A stretch of 64,000 bases of DNA from Candidatus Omnitrophota bacterium. Lineage in GTDB: Bacteria > Omnitrophota > Gorgyraeia > Aquiviventales > Aquiviventaceae. Below are positions 26,784 to 40,755 of the stretch, piece after piece. The stretch is from assembly GCA_016198905.1 (NCBI GenBank), contig JACQHR010000002.1, positions 1,418 through 65,417 on the forward strand, given 5' to 3'. Numbering within the stretch: the first letter of the stretch is position 1; each line of letters opens with the position of its first letter. The translations under genes and the position numbers were made by a program. The notes beneath the pieces were generated by a model. The model was not told the origin of the DNA. It saw nothing but the letters and a program-made list of their open reading frames with translations, and searched no databases.

Positions 26784-29057
26784 ATGAAGATGACGCTTCG
26801 GCTGATGCTGTCGTTCGTGGCCGTCGCCGCGATCACCGTCGTAGTGTGCACGGCGCTTCAAGCGCGAGAAGAGTACGCGCGCCTGGAGCGCGATCTGAAA
26901 CGGCAAGCGCGCATGCTGGGGGACAGTCTTCAGCCGTCCATCGAGCAGCTCATGGCGGCGCAGTCCCCGACCGACCTGCGCGCCTTCGTCCAGCGCATCG
27001 AAGATCAGGAACACATCGCCGGGGTGGCCATCTACGGACGCGACGGGCAACCGTTGGCGATGACCGAGCGCCTGCCCGACGCCTTCCGGACCCTGCCGGC
27101 GCTTGCCCGCGACGCGGTCAGCGCAAATCGCGTGCAGGAGACATTCCGCGTCGATGACCACCGGCGGTGGTATCTTCAGGCCCGTCCGATCCAGCGTGAG
27201 AACGCCGTGGAAGGCGTTTGGCTGCTCGCGTATGACGCCAGCCACGTCACCGCCCAACGAATCACGATGTGGCTGTGGGAGTTTCTGCGCCTGCTGCTGC
27301 AGGTGTTCTTCATTACGAGCGCCGTGCTGCTCATTTTGTGGTGGAGCTTTTCGCGCTCGGTCTCGAAGACCGCGGAGTGGATCAGGCGATTGCGCACGGC
27401 CGAGCCGAGCGATGGGTTCACGCCGCCCACAGAGCGCCTCTTTGCGCCGCTCACCCGTGAGCTCACCCATATGGCGAAGAGCTTGCACGCGGCTCGGTCT
27501 GCCGCCGAGGAAGAGGCGCGGCTGCGCAACGCCGGCGAGTCGCGGTGGACGCCGGAGCGGCTGAAAGAGCACGTGCGGACGACCCTGAAGGGCCGGCCGC
27601 TCATCGTGGTGTCGAACCGAGAGCCCTACATGCACGTGCGGGTGGGGCGCGACGTGCAGTGCGTCGTGCCGGCGGCGGGGTTGGTGACGGCGATGGAATC
27701 GGTCCTGCGCGCGTGCGGCGGCACGTGGATTGCGCACGGGTCAGGGAATGCCGATCGCGAAACCGCCGATGCCGCGGGCAAACTCAAGGTGCCTCCGGAG
27801 TCGCCGCGCTACACGCTCCGGCGCGTGTGGCTGGAGCCCGCCGAGGAGCGAGGCTACTACTACGGATTTGCCAACGAAGGACTCTGGCCGCTCTGCCACA
27901 TCGCGCACACGCGTCCGATTTTCCGCGTCGAGGATTGGATGCACTATGCGCGCGTCAATGCGAAGTTTGCCGACGTGATCGTCGAAGAGCTCGCGCAGAC
28001 GGACCAGCCGTGCGTGCTCATTCAAGACTATCACTTTGCCCTGCTGCCACGGCTCATCAAAGCCAGGCGGCCGGATGCGAAGATCGCGCTCTTCTGGCAC
28101 ATTCCCTGGCCGAACCCTGAAGCCTTCAGCATTTGCCCGTGGGGCAAAGAGCTCCTGCATGGGATGTTGGGGGCCGACCTGTTGGGGTTTCACATCCAGT
28201 TCCACTGCAACAATTTCCTCGATACGGTCGATCGGATGCTCGAGTCGCGCGTCGATTGGGAGCGATTTGCCGTCACCCGCGCGGAACACACCACGTCCGT
28301 CAAACCCTTTCCCATCAGCATCGCCGAGCCTGAGGCCTCGCCTGCGACGGCATCCGGCGCGTCTCAGGCAGTGGCCAAAGCCGAGGTGCTCAAGGCGCTT
28401 AATCTGCAGACGCATTGGCTGGGCGTGGGGGTGGATCGCCTGGATTACACCAAAGGCCTCGTGGAGCGCGTGCTGGCGATCGAACGGTTTCTCGACCGGT
28501 ATCCCTCGTTCCAAGGGCGGTTCACCTACGTCGAGTTGGGGGCACCCAGCCGCACGTCCATCGCGCGCTACCAGGAATTGACCACGGCCTTGGAAGCGCA
28601 CATCGAGCGGATCAATCAGCGCTTTCAGACGCGAACCTGGAAGCCCATCGTCTTCTTGAAAAAGCAGCACAGCCATCAGGAGATCGCGCCGTTCTATCGC
28701 GCGGCGGATGTCTGTGTGGTGACCTCGCTGCACGACGGGATGAACTTGGTAGCCAAGGAATTCGTCGCGGCCCGAGCCGATCAGCGGGGCGTGCTCATCT
28801 TGAGCCAATTCACCGGGGCGTCCCGGGAACTGCACGACGCGCTGATCATCAACCCCTACGACATCGATCAGGTCGCCGAAGCGCTGCACTACGCCTTGAC
28901 GATGGACACGCATGAGCAAAAAACGCGGATGGGGCACATGCGCGCGCACCTGCAGGAGTACAACGTCTATCGCTGGGCGGCGAACCTCGTCACGGAATTG
29001 ACCCGCCTGCGTCCCGACAGCACGACGTCATCGCAGGTCCCGCTGCAGGTCGGATGA
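26784..29057 (+). CDS. otsA: Trehalose-6-phosphate synthase with N-terminal membrane/periplasmic domain
   Basis: VSNREP, LWPLCH, QDYH, FWHIPWP, VDRLDYTKG, DGMNLVAKEF; two TM segments in the first ~190 aa. Confidence 0.93.
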   Translation: MKMTLRLMLSFVAVAAITVVVCTALQAREEYARLERDLKRQARMLGDSLQPSIEQLMAAQSPTDLRAFVQRIEDQEHIAGVAIYGRDGQPLAMTERLPDAFRTLPALARDAVSANRVQETFRVDDHRRWYLQARPIQRENAVEGVWLLAYDASHVTAQRITMWLWEFLRLLLQVFFITSAVLLILWWSFSRSVSKTAEWIRRLRTAEPSDGFTPPTERLFAPLTRELTHMAKSLHAARSAAEEEARLRNAGESRWTPERLKEHVRTTLKGRPLIVVSNREPYMHVRVGRDVQCVVPAAGLVTAMESVLRACGGTWIAHGSGNADRETADAAGKLKVPPESPRYTLRRVWLEPAEERGYYYGFANEGLWPLCHIAHTRPIFRVEDWMHYARVNAKFADVIVEELAQTDQPCVLIQDYHFALLPRLIKARRPDAKIALFWHIPWPNPEAFSICPWGKELLHGMLGADLLGFHIQFHCNNFLDTVDRMLESRVDWERFAVTRAEHTTSVKPFPISIAEPEASPATASGASQAVAKAEVLKALNLQTHWLGVGVDRLDYTKGLVERVLAIERFLDRYPSFQGRFTYVELGAPSRTSIARYQELTTALEAHIERINQRFQTRTWKPIVFLKKQHSHQEIAPFYRAADVCVVTSLHDGMNLVAKEFVAARADQRGVLILSQFTGASRELHDALIINPYDIDQVAEALHYALTMDTHEQKTRMGHMRAHLQEYNVYRWAANLVTELTRLRPDSTTSSQVPLQVG

Positions 29058-29866
29058 TTCCCCTTGCGGACGACTGGCCCACGCTCCGTGACCGGATCCG
29101 TGCCGCCCCGTCCGTGGCGTTGTTTCTCGATTATGACGGCACGCTGGCGCCCATCGCGTCCCACCCGTCACGGGCGGTCTTGCCGGCGAAGACCAAACAT
29201 CTGCTCGCGCAGGTGGCGCAACAACCGCAGCTCCGCGTGGTGATCATCAGCGGCAGGGCCCTGTCGGACGTGAAGCGGATGGTCGGCGTTGACGGGATCA
29301 GTTACGTGGGCAATCACGGGCTGGAACTGGAGGAACCTCCCCTCCGGTACGTCCATGCGATGGCGCGCGCCAACCGCCCGGTGCTCAGGCGAGCCATCCG
29401 AGACCTACGGGTCGTGCAGCGCCAGGTTCCAGGCGCCTGGGTAGAGGATAAGCAATGGACCTTGAGCCTTCATTGGCGCGGTGTGCCCGAATCGGACCGC
29501 GGACGCGTGCAACGCCTTGCGGCCCGCGTCATGGCGCCGTATCGTCGGCAGGAGCAGGTGCGGCTCACGCCCGGCAAGCGTGTCCTCGAGGTGCGCCCGC
29601 CCATCCGGTGGGGCAAGGGCGAGATGGTCCGATGGCTCTATCAGCGCATGCGCGCCACCACGCACGCGACACCGCCGCTGCTCATCTATCTCGGGGATGA
29701 TGAGACGGATGAAGAAGCTTTTCGGACCGTGAACGCCTATAACGGAGTGTCCATCGTGGTCGGATCGGCGCCGTACACGAGCGCCGGACGTTGGTGGCTT
29801 CGCCGCCCCTCCGACGTCCACCGATTTCTGACACGCCTGCTGCGCGCGCGATGTCAGAAGCCCTGA
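29054..29866 (+). CDS. otsB: Trehalose-6-phosphate phosphatase
   Basis: FLDYDGTL, ISGR, GNHGLE, GDDETDEEAF. Confidence 0.93.
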   Translation: MIPLADDWPTLRDRIRAAPSVALFLDYDGTLAPIASHPSRAVLPAKTKHLLAQVAQQPQLRVVIISGRALSDVKRMVGVDGISYVGNHGLELEEPPLRYVHAMARANRPVLRRAIRDLRVVQRQVPGAWVEDKQWTLSLHWRGVPESDRGRVQRLAARVMAPYRRQEQVRLTPGKRVLEVRPPIRWGKGEMVRWLYQRMRATTHATPPLLIYLGDDETDEEAFRTVNAYNGVSIVVGSAPYTSAGRWWLRRPSDVHRFLTRLLRARCQKP

Positions 29867-30576
29867 ACGCCCACACGGCATCACCTTTGGCGGTCGCCGT
29901 CGAGCCCTTTCGGTTCAAGACCAGCCTGATCCTGCAGGAAGCCACCGGCCTACGGGCCTCGACGCTGGCACAACTCTCGACGCTCCTGCGCGAGGTCCCC
30001 GAATCGTGCATTTACCACCATACCCACTACTTCCTGCTGCAACATCACTATCTCACGCCGGAGCCGAGCCACGATATCGCCTATTGGGTCAGTGAGGTGC
30101 TGGGCGAACAGCCCTTAGGGGAACTGCTCGCCGGCATCGATACCGTGGGGTATGCGGACTTGAAGACGTTGCGGGAGGCGCTCGTGACGACGATCGACGA
30201 CTATCGGCAGCGCACCCCCACCGCAGGCTTGCGGTTCGTCTCGGAGGGCAGCGAGTTCTTTTTTCTCAAGTCCATCCGCATCATCATGCCGACCCCCTAT
30301 GTCGCAACGACGCTCAAGGAATTCGCCCGCGCCCTCGAACACGTCAGCATCCGTTCGCTCTACTTCCACATCTTTGACGCCCGCTTGCGTCTTGGCCGCC
30401 CCGCGAACGATTTTTCCGTCTGGCTCGGCGAACAGCTCGGCTTGAAGGAGTTGGCCCAGCGCGTCGTCACGCCGGACCCTTACGCCTACACGCTGGAAGC
30501 GCTGCGCTCGACTCTCCTCTCGATGCTGCAGCATGAGCTGAAGACGGCGGATGAGGCGCATGCCGACCCTCGCTGA
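29851..30576 (+). CDS. DUF5752-like tandem-repeat protein of TreT clusters
   Basis: Two repeats: SCIYHH...SHDIAYW and SLYFH...NDFSVW. Confidence 0.75.
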   Translation: MSEALNAHTASPLAVAVEPFRFKTSLILQEATGLRASTLAQLSTLLREVPESCIYHHTHYFLLQHHYLTPEPSHDIAYWVSEVLGEQPLGELLAGIDTVGYADLKTLREALVTTIDDYRQRTPTAGLRFVSEGSEFFFLKSIRIIMPTPYVATTLKEFARALEHVSIRSLYFHIFDARLRLGRPANDFSVWLGEQLGLKELAQRVVTPDPYAYTLEALRSTLLSMLQHELKTADEAHADPR

Positions 30577-31795
30577 TTACGAACCCATCATCGGCGGCAG
30601 CGCCATTGACGAGCTGCGCGAGGTGGCCGCGCGCCTGATGGATCGCCACATCGTCATGGTGAATTCCACGCGCTCCGGAGGCGGGGTGGCCGAAATTCTC
30701 GCGCGCATGATGCCGCTGCTGAAGGAGCTGGGGCTGCGCGCGCGGTGGGAAGTGATCGAGGGCACCGAGGCGTTCTACCGCGTCACGAAGAAGTTTCACA
30801 ACGCGCTGCACGGGCGGCCGGAGGCCATCACCGAGGAGATGTTCCGGCTCTTCGCGGCCACCGGCGAGCAAAACGCGGCGCGGCTTGACCTGCAGGGGGA
30901 TCTGATCGTCATCCATGATCCGCAGCCGATCCCCTTGGTTGAGACGCGCGCCGCGCATCCGTCGGCGAAGTGGATCTGGCGCTGCCATATCGACGTGTCG
31001 AATCCGCAACCCGACGTCTGGAACTTTCTTAAGCCGTTCATTCTGAAGTTTGACGCGGCGGTCTACTCCGCCGCCCCCTTTGTGCAGCGCATGGCGATGC
31101 GGCAACTGCTCATCGCGCCCTCCATTGACCCGCTGAGCGAGAAAAACCGCGAGCTCTCTCCGGAAGAGATCGCCGTCGTGCTGGGCAAGCTCGGCGTCCC
31201 CCAGGATGAGCCGATCGTGACGCAGGTCTCCCGGTTCGATTACCTGAAGGATCCGCTCGGGGTCATTACAGCGTTTCGCCGCGTGCGGCGGTCGGTCAAA
31301 TGCCGGCTCGTCCTCGCGGGAGGACCGGCGACCGATGATCCGGAATCCGACGAAGTCTTGCATCGTGCGCAAGAGGAAGCGCATGGCGATCCGGAGATCC
31401 ACTTGCTGATGCTTCCGCCCAACAGCGATGTGGAAATCAATGCGCTGCAACGTGCCTCAGCCGTCGTGGTCCAGAAATCGATCCGAGAAGGATTCGGGCT
31501 TACCGTCGCGGAAGCGTTATGGAAGGGTCGGCCGGTGGCGGCCTCCGCCGTGGGGGGGATTCCGCTCCAGGTCAAGCATCGCTACAGCGGACTGTTGGTC
31601 CACAGCATCGAAGGCACGGTCCAGGCGGTCAAGCAGTTGTTGAACAATCCGGACTACGCGCGGCGGTTGGGAGAAAACGGTCGCGAGCATGTCCGGCAGA
31701 ATTTTTTGCTGACGCGCCATCTGCAAGACTACTTGCTGCTGTTTCTCCTCGCCGGCTCCTCCGAGGACGTCGTGTCTCTGGCGTCCCGTCCGTAA
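30560..31795 (+). CDS. treT: Trehalose synthase, glycosyltransferase family 4
   Basis: NSTRSGGGVAEIL, HDPQP, WRCHID, QVSRFDYLKDP, EGFGLTVAEALWK. Confidence 0.9.
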   Translation: MPTLADYEPIIGGSAIDELREVAARLMDRHIVMVNSTRSGGGVAEILARMMPLLKELGLRARWEVIEGTEAFYRVTKKFHNALHGRPEAITEEMFRLFAATGEQNAARLDLQGDLIVIHDPQPIPLVETRAAHPSAKWIWRCHIDVSNPQPDVWNFLKPFILKFDAAVYSAAPFVQRMAMRQLLIAPSIDPLSEKNRELSPEEIAVVLGKLGVPQDEPIVTQVSRFDYLKDPLGVITAFRRVRRSVKCRLVLAGGPATDDPESDEVLHRAQEEAHGDPEIHLLMLPPNSDVEINALQRASAVVVQKSIREGFGLTVAEALWKGRPVAASAVGGIPLQVKHRYSGLLVHSIEGTVQAVKQLLNNPDYARRLGENGREHVRQNFLLTRHLQDYLLLFLLAGSSEDVVSLASRP

Positions 31796-31852
31796 ATTCG
31801 CGCTCAGACACACCCCCACCGGAGTGCGCGCCTCTTTCGACGGATTCCCAGG

Positions 31853-31881
31853 TTGTCATCTCTCGCCAGCCTGTGTACGAT
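31853..31881 (+). promoter_or_regulatory. Putative sigma70 promoter of metH
   Basis: TTGTCA-N17-TACGAT. Confidence 0.5.
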
Positions 31882-31934
31882 GATGGGGCTTCGTCGTGAC
31901 GGGGGAATCCTCTCCCAGCGACGAGGCCCATCTC

Positions 31935-35639
<3,705 letters not shown>

Positions 35640-35659
35640 CACCGGCGCACAGCATCCAC

Positions 35660-37018
35660 ATGACCAACCGTACACGCATATGGCGCGATACGATTCCCAG
35701 CATCCCCGCGCGGCCGGTGACCCTCCGCGTGACGGCGGTCGCCGAACGTGTATTGCGGCAGGGTCACCCGTGGGTCTACGCCGCCTCGATTCTCCGGCAG
35801 CGGCACGAGGGGCCCCCGGGCGCCTTCGCCGTGATCTATGATCAACGGCAACGGTTTCTCGCCGTCGGACTCTATGACCCTGACTCGCCGATTCGCGTGC
35901 GCGTCCTGCAGCGCTACACGCCCACCCCCATCACGCGGGTATGGTTCGAGCAGCGACTCGCGGCTGCAGTCGATGCGCGCAAAACGCTCGCACGGGATCC
36001 ACAGACGACGGCGTATCGACTCGTGCATGGAGAAAACGACGGGCTGCCCGGCCTGGTGATTGACCGCTACGCGGACACCGCTGTCATCAAACTCTACACA
36101 GCCGCGTGGGTTCCACATATACCTGACGTCCTTGAGGCGTTTCGACGCGTGGTGCCGATGTCGCGCATGGTGTTGCGCTTGAGTCGGGCGATCCAGCAGC
36201 GTCCAGCGGTGCTGCATGGCCTGACCGATGGCCTGGTGTTGGACGGCCCCCCATTGCGCGCGCCGATCATGATCCAAGAATACGGGCTGCGGTTCGAAGT
36301 CGATCCCATTCATGGACAGAAGACGGGATGGTTCCTCGATCAACGGGAGAATCGCGCGATGGTCTCCCAGCTTAGCGGTGGGTGCTCCGTGCTCGATGTG
36401 TGCGCCTACACAGGAGGGTTTTCGGTGGCCGCGGCGCGCGGAGGCGCACGCGCCGTCACCAGCGTCGATATCAGCCGCCAAGCCCTCGACGCCGCGCAAC
36501 GCAACATGGCGCTGAATCGGCGCATCCGCGCGGTGGCCGCCGCGCGACACGAGGTCCTCGTCGGGGATGCCGTGGACGTCCTTGAGCGGCTGAAACGTCG
36601 GGGGACCCGGTTCGACCTCGTCGTGATCGATCCGCCCTCGTTTGCGAAAAGCGAACGAGAGGTGCGCGGAGCGCTGGCCGCGTACGCGCGTCTGACGCGC
36701 GCGGGTCTGAGCGTCTTAGCGACTTCGGGCACGCTGGTCGTCTCGTCCTGCTCCAGCCACGTGAAAGCCGACGAGTTTTTCTCGGCCGTCCATCATACGG
36801 CGGCGCGCGCCGGATGGGTCTTGCGGGAAGTGGCTCGCACCGGGCATCCGCTCGACCACCCCATTCGTTTTTCAGAAGGCGCGTATCTGAAATGCCTCGT
36901 TGCCGTCGCGCAACGACGGCCTCGGCGGACGCCGCATGTGCGCGAGCAGACCAACTCGGTGGCTCGACCCGCTCGCGTCAGGGTCTCCAGTTCCCGCAGC
37001 GGCCAAGACGCGCGATGA
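35660..37018 (+). CDS. rlmI: RlmI/RlmK-family SAM-dependent rRNA methyltransferase
   Basis: GHPWVY PUA domain, GENDGLPGLVID, GQKTGWFLDQRENR, DPPSFAK. Confidence 0.85.
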   Translation: MTNRTRIWRDTIPSIPARPVTLRVTAVAERVLRQGHPWVYAASILRQRHEGPPGAFAVIYDQRQRFLAVGLYDPDSPIRVRVLQRYTPTPITRVWFEQRLAAAVDARKTLARDPQTTAYRLVHGENDGLPGLVIDRYADTAVIKLYTAAWVPHIPDVLEAFRRVVPMSRMVLRLSRAIQQRPAVLHGLTDGLVLDGPPLRAPIMIQEYGLRFEVDPIHGQKTGWFLDQRENRAMVSQLSGGCSVLDVCAYTGGFSVAAARGGARAVTSVDISRQALDAAQRNMALNRRIRAVAAARHEVLVGDAVDVLERLKRRGTRFDLVVIDPPSFAKSEREVRGALAAYARLTRAGLSVLATSGTLVVSSCSSHVKADEFFSAVHHTAARAGWVLREVARTGHPLDHPIRFSEGAYLKCLVAVAQRRPRRTPHVREQTNSVARPARVRVSSSRSGQDAR

Positions 37019-37377
37019 TCGTCCTCGAGATCGAAGCCAACCCGAATTGCGACGCGGTGGACATGCGCGTCTTTCATGAGCTGGAGCCGCCGCGGCCCGT
37101 GACGCACGTGCGCTTGGAGCTGGAAGGGCGCAGCAGCCAATGGTATGCCGTGGTCGGCTGGGGCCTCGATGGCCACGCGCAGCCGGCGATGGCGCAGCGG
37201 GTCGACGATTCAGGCGATGGCGTGGCGATCTTGATCCAGGGGAAAGAGGCAGGACTGCGCCTGCGTCCGCTCGAAAGTCAAGAGGCCTGGCAGGTGCCGC
37301 ATCCGCAGCAGTGGGGCGCGCCCTTCCTCTTAATCGGGGATCAGGCGGATCTTCGCTACGCGGTCGTCCCCGCGTGA
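37015..37377 (+). CDS. Hypothetical protein
   Basis: ATGA overlap with upstream gene; no motif recognised. Confidence 0.6.
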   Translation: MIVLEIEANPNCDAVDMRVFHELEPPRPVTHVRLELEGRSSQWYAVVGWGLDGHAQPAMAQRVDDSGDGVAILIQGKEAGLRLRPLESQEAWQVPHPQQWGAPFLLIGDQADLRYAVVPA

Positions 37378-37408
37378 TGGCAGGCACCGCCGCAGGGGCG
37401 CTTCCCGC

Positions 37409-38179
37409 ATGAGCGGACGCGCGCCGGGGCACTGCGTGCGCGTGTGCCACGATCTCGACGCGCTGAGCCGGGCAGCGGCCGAGCGCATCACGCAGGCGAT
37501 CCGCGACCAGGTGCGGACGCGGCGCAGATGCCGCATCGCCCTCGCCGGAGGCTCGACGCCGAAACGGTTGTACGAGCTCCTCGCGCACGAGCCGTATCGC
37601 AGCCGCATTCCATGGAAGTGCCTGCAGATTTTCTGGACGGACGAACGGTGCGTGCCTCGGGGGCATCCGTCGAGCAACGGTCGTCTGGTCGAGGACGCGC
37701 TCTTGGCGCACGTGCCGGTCCTACGCACGCGCATCCATCGGATTCCTGTCGAGCGCAACGACCCGGCGAGCGCGGCGCGACGCTACGAGCAGACTGTGCG
37801 GCGGGTATTTCGCCTGCGACGGGGCGGCTGGCCGGTGTTCGATCTCGTGCTCTTGGGACTGGGGGCGGACGGCCACACGGCCTCGCTGTTTCCAAGATCA
37901 CCGGCGCTTGCTGAAACGAAGCGCCTCGCCGTGGCCACGCGCGGTCCTCTGCCGCATCGTTCGCGGATCACCCTGACGATCCCGGTGCTGAGGCGCGCCA
38001 ACGAGGTGCTCTGGGTAGTCGCCGGCGCACGGAAAGCGGGCATCGTGCAGGCGATGCTGGCACACCGCCCGCGGGCACGCCGGCTCCCTGCAGGCTTGGT
38101 GCTCGCCCAGTCCAAGACAAGCCTGTGGCTGATCGATCGCGCCGCCGCCAGCCGTCTTCCTCGCCGCGTTACGTTCTGA
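37409..38179 (+). CDS. pgl: 6-phosphogluconolactonase
   Basis: LAGGSTP, DERCVP, LGLGADGHTASLFP, RITLT. Confidence 0.93.
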   Translation: MSGRAPGHCVRVCHDLDALSRAAAERITQAIRDQVRTRRRCRIALAGGSTPKRLYELLAHEPYRSRIPWKCLQIFWTDERCVPRGHPSSNGRLVEDALLAHVPVLRTRIHRIPVERNDPASAARRYEQTVRRVFRLRRGGWPVFDLVLLGLGADGHTASLFPRSPALAETKRLAVATRGPLPHRSRITLTIPVLRRANEVLWVVAGARKAGIVQAMLAHRPRARRLPAGLVLAQSKTSLWLIDRAAASRLPRRVTF

Positions 38180-38189
38180 CGCCCATGTT

Positions 38190-38478
38190 TAGAACCGGTT
38201 GCATAAATCCCCGCGGCCGCGCTGGGCCGAGGCGCGAGGCCCGCAAGGCGCGAGGAGCGTGGCGTACGTGCAGCCGAGTACGCAAGCGACGAGCAACGCG
38301 GCGGGCCGACGCGGATCGGCCCAGCCCATTGACCGCCCAGAGGTTGCGGCGGCCGGGCTCGTGGCCGTCGTTGCTCCTCCTCGACGTCCTCCAGAGAGGA
38401 CGCCATCGTCGTCGCGCCTTGGCCACGGCACCCGGGCGCACGCAACGCGGCTCGCGCGGATTTATGCAACCGGTTCTA
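38190..38478. mobile_element. ~290-nt MITE-like structured element, copy 2 (inverted relative to copy 1)
   Basis: Perfect 21-bp TIR TAGAACCGGTTGCATAAATCC (38190-38210 / 38458-38478); core homologous to copy 1. Confidence 0.8.
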
Positions 38479-38492
38479 GTATAATGCCAGGC

Positions 38493-38900
38493 ATGCGATG
38501 GCACGGCGCGTCCCACTATGTGCCGGCACGGGCTCGACTGGCTGCAGGGGCCATGCTCTGTCTGGTTGCGCTGGCCGGCTGCGAAGCGACCCAGTCTCGA
38601 GCGGTGCAGGGTGCCACGATTGGCTCGGCGGTCGGCGCGGCCACGGGCGCGGTGGTCGGCCACCGGTATGGGGAAACCGGCGTCGGCACGAGTGTTGGCG
38701 CGGGATTGGGTGGCGTGGCCGGCGGCCTTACCGGCGCGGCGATCGACGCCCGCCAGAAGTCGCAGCCGGCGACTCCCGCCGAGGCCTCGGCGCAAAAATT
38801 CTGCCCCATTGGCGGCGAGTGGTATCCGGAGGCGATGAAGTACTGCCCGCTGCACGGCGTCGAACTGCGCAAGCGGACCGCTGAGCCGGCGACACCCTAG
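38493..38900 (+). CDS. Glycine-zipper lipoprotein with C-terminal CPxxG/CPxH motif, paralog of 24355
   Basis: LAGC lipobox; glycine zipper; KFCPIGGEWY...KYCPLHGVEL; start codon uncertain. Confidence 0.82.
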   Translation: MRWHGASHYVPARARLAAGAMLCLVALAGCEATQSRAVQGATIGSAVGAATGAVVGHRYGETGVGTSVGAGLGGVAGGLTGAAIDARQKSQPATPAEASAQKFCPIGGEWYPEAMKYCPLHGVELRKRTAEPATP

Positions 38901-39164
38901 CCCATCGTGAGTTACGCGCACAAGGAGCCTCGCTAGCCCGAAGATGCGGCATGCCGCACAAGAGGCGTCACCATAGCCACAGCGAGTATTCGCCTGACCG
39001 CACACCGCGCCCGGCTGACGATCGTAGCGGCCGTCATACTGGTCGGCGCGGTCTTGGTCGTCGCGGTACGCCAGCGCGTCTCGCGCACGTCAGCCGAGTC
39101 CTCTTCAACGAGCGCGTTGCCGCGGGTCCCGATTTTTGATGCCGCACGTGGAGCGATCGTGTTG

Positions 39165-39575
39165 ATGGAACGTATTCAGAAAACGGACGAAGAGTGGAAA
39201 CGGCAGCTCACGCCGGAACAATACGCTATCACGCGACAGAAGGGCACGGAGCGGGCGTTTACCGGCACGTACCACGACTCCCACGAGCCCGGCCTCTATC
39301 GCTGCGTCTGCTGCGGCACGGCCCTGTACAGCTCGCAGACCAAGTTTGATTCACGCACGGGCTGGCCCAGCTTCTGGGCGCCGGTCGATCCGCACAATGT
39401 CCGGACCGCCAGCGACGCCAGTTTTTTCATGCGGCGCACCGAAGTGCTCTGCGCTCGATGCGGCGCGCACCTGGGGCACGTCTTCGATGACGGCCCGCCG
39501 CCGACCGGCAAGCGCCACTGCATCAACTCCGCGGCCCTGTCGTTTGAGCCGGCGCAGTCGCCATCGTCCCCATGA
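39165..39575 (+). CDS. msrB: Peptide methionine-(R)-sulfoxide reductase (true start may lie upstream)
   Basis: [38 protein letters not shown]. Confidence 0.95.
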   Translation: MERIQKTDEEWKRQLTPEQYAITRQKGTERAFTGTYHDSHEPGLYRCVCCGTALYSSQTKFDSRTGWPSFWAPVDPHNVRTASDASFFMRRTEVLCARCGAHLGHVFDDGPPPTGKRHCINSAALSFEPAQSPSSP

Positions 39576-39579
39576 GATC

Positions 39580-40755
39580 ATGGCTGTAGATCGCGATGGT
39601 TCGCGTGCGTCAGGGGGCGGAATCCTGAGCGACCCCACACGCTTTGCTTCGCACAATGAAGCAAGGGAGGTTTGGGGATGGGCTCTAGTGTGCGGTTTGT
39701 GCCTGATGGTCGGCGCAGGATGCGGGCGCAAGCCTCCTGCAGCACCCGCACCCGACGCCCCGGCAGCGACGTCCCCCGGCGCATCGAACGGGTCTGCGCC
39801 ATCGACGCAGCCTCCCGCGGCCAAGCCGACGACAGACGCCGCCGCTTCGCCGCACGCCAGCGGATTGACCATCGAACAAGCGCTCGCCGGTCCGGCGCCC
39901 AACGAGCAGACCGTCGGCTACATCTTCAATATTCCCATTCCCCTAGGCAACTACTACTTTGCCAAGCGCGTGCTCTACACCTTTCCGCACCCCTGGGAGG
40001 AGGGTTTGTCTGAAGCCGATCGCGAGCGCATCGTCTGGGAGAACCTCATCTTGCACTACGAGTCCTACCGGCGCAACATCACCGTCTCCGATGAGGAGTT
40101 CGAGAAGCGCATCAACAGCGTCTTGAAGAATCAGCAGCAGGCCTTCACGCGGGCCCAAGACCCGGCGGCCTATGCGGCGTGGGTGCAGGAGACGTTGCAT
40201 GAAGACACCGAATTCTTCGAACAGCAAATGCGCTACCTTCTGCAGATCGACACGCTCAAAGAGCAGGTGCGCGCCACGCTGCCCGTCACCGTGACGGAGG
40301 ACGAGATGCGGCAAGCCTTCCTCAACGAGCAGCATCATGTCGGAGGGGAAATGGTCGCCTTCGAGACTCAGGAGGAGGCGCAGGCGTTCTATGAGCAGGT
40401 CAAGGATCCGGAGGCGTGGGCGCGGATGAAGGCGAAGGGCGACCGCACCATCCGCCCGGTGAGTCTCATGCCGCTGGCAACCTATATGGATCTGTGGAGT
40501 ATCCCTAAGGAGCAGATGTATGCGTTTCACGCGCTCCCGATCGGCGCCATCGGCCCGCCGATGCCCTTCGGCAACCAATGGGGCGTCTACCACTTACTGG
40601 AGAAGCGCGTGGCGAATCTTGAGGAGTTTCCGAGCAAGCAAGATGAGTACTACAAGCAGCTGACGCTCAAGAAACAGTACGAAGCGCTTAAAACATGGAT
40701 CGAGGATTTGAAGCGTTCCGCGCACTTGAAGGTGTTGCCGCTGCCGAAATCATAG
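39580..40755 (+). CDS. SurA/PrsA-like exported chaperone lipoprotein (degenerate PPIase)
   Basis: GAGC lipobox, Pro/Ala linker, ITVSDEE, VTEDEMRQAF, WIEDLKRSAHLKV. Confidence 0.55.
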   Translation: MAVDRDGSRASGGGILSDPTRFASHNEAREVWGWALVCGLCLMVGAGCGRKPPAAPAPDAPAATSPGASNGSAPSTQPPAAKPTTDAAASPHASGLTIEQALAGPAPNEQTVGYIFNIPIPLGNYYFAKRVLYTFPHPWEEGLSEADRERIVWENLILHYESYRRNITVSDEEFEKRINSVLKNQQQAFTRAQDPAAYAAWVQETLHEDTEFFEQQMRYLLQIDTLKEQVRATLPVTVTEDEMRQAFLNEQHHVGGEMVAFETQEEAQAFYEQVKDPEAWARMKAKGDRTIRPVSLMPLATYMDLWSIPKEQMYAFHALPIGAIGPPMPFGNQWGVYHLLEKRVANLEEFPSKQDEYYKQLTLKKQYEALKTWIEDLKRSAHLKVLPLPKS

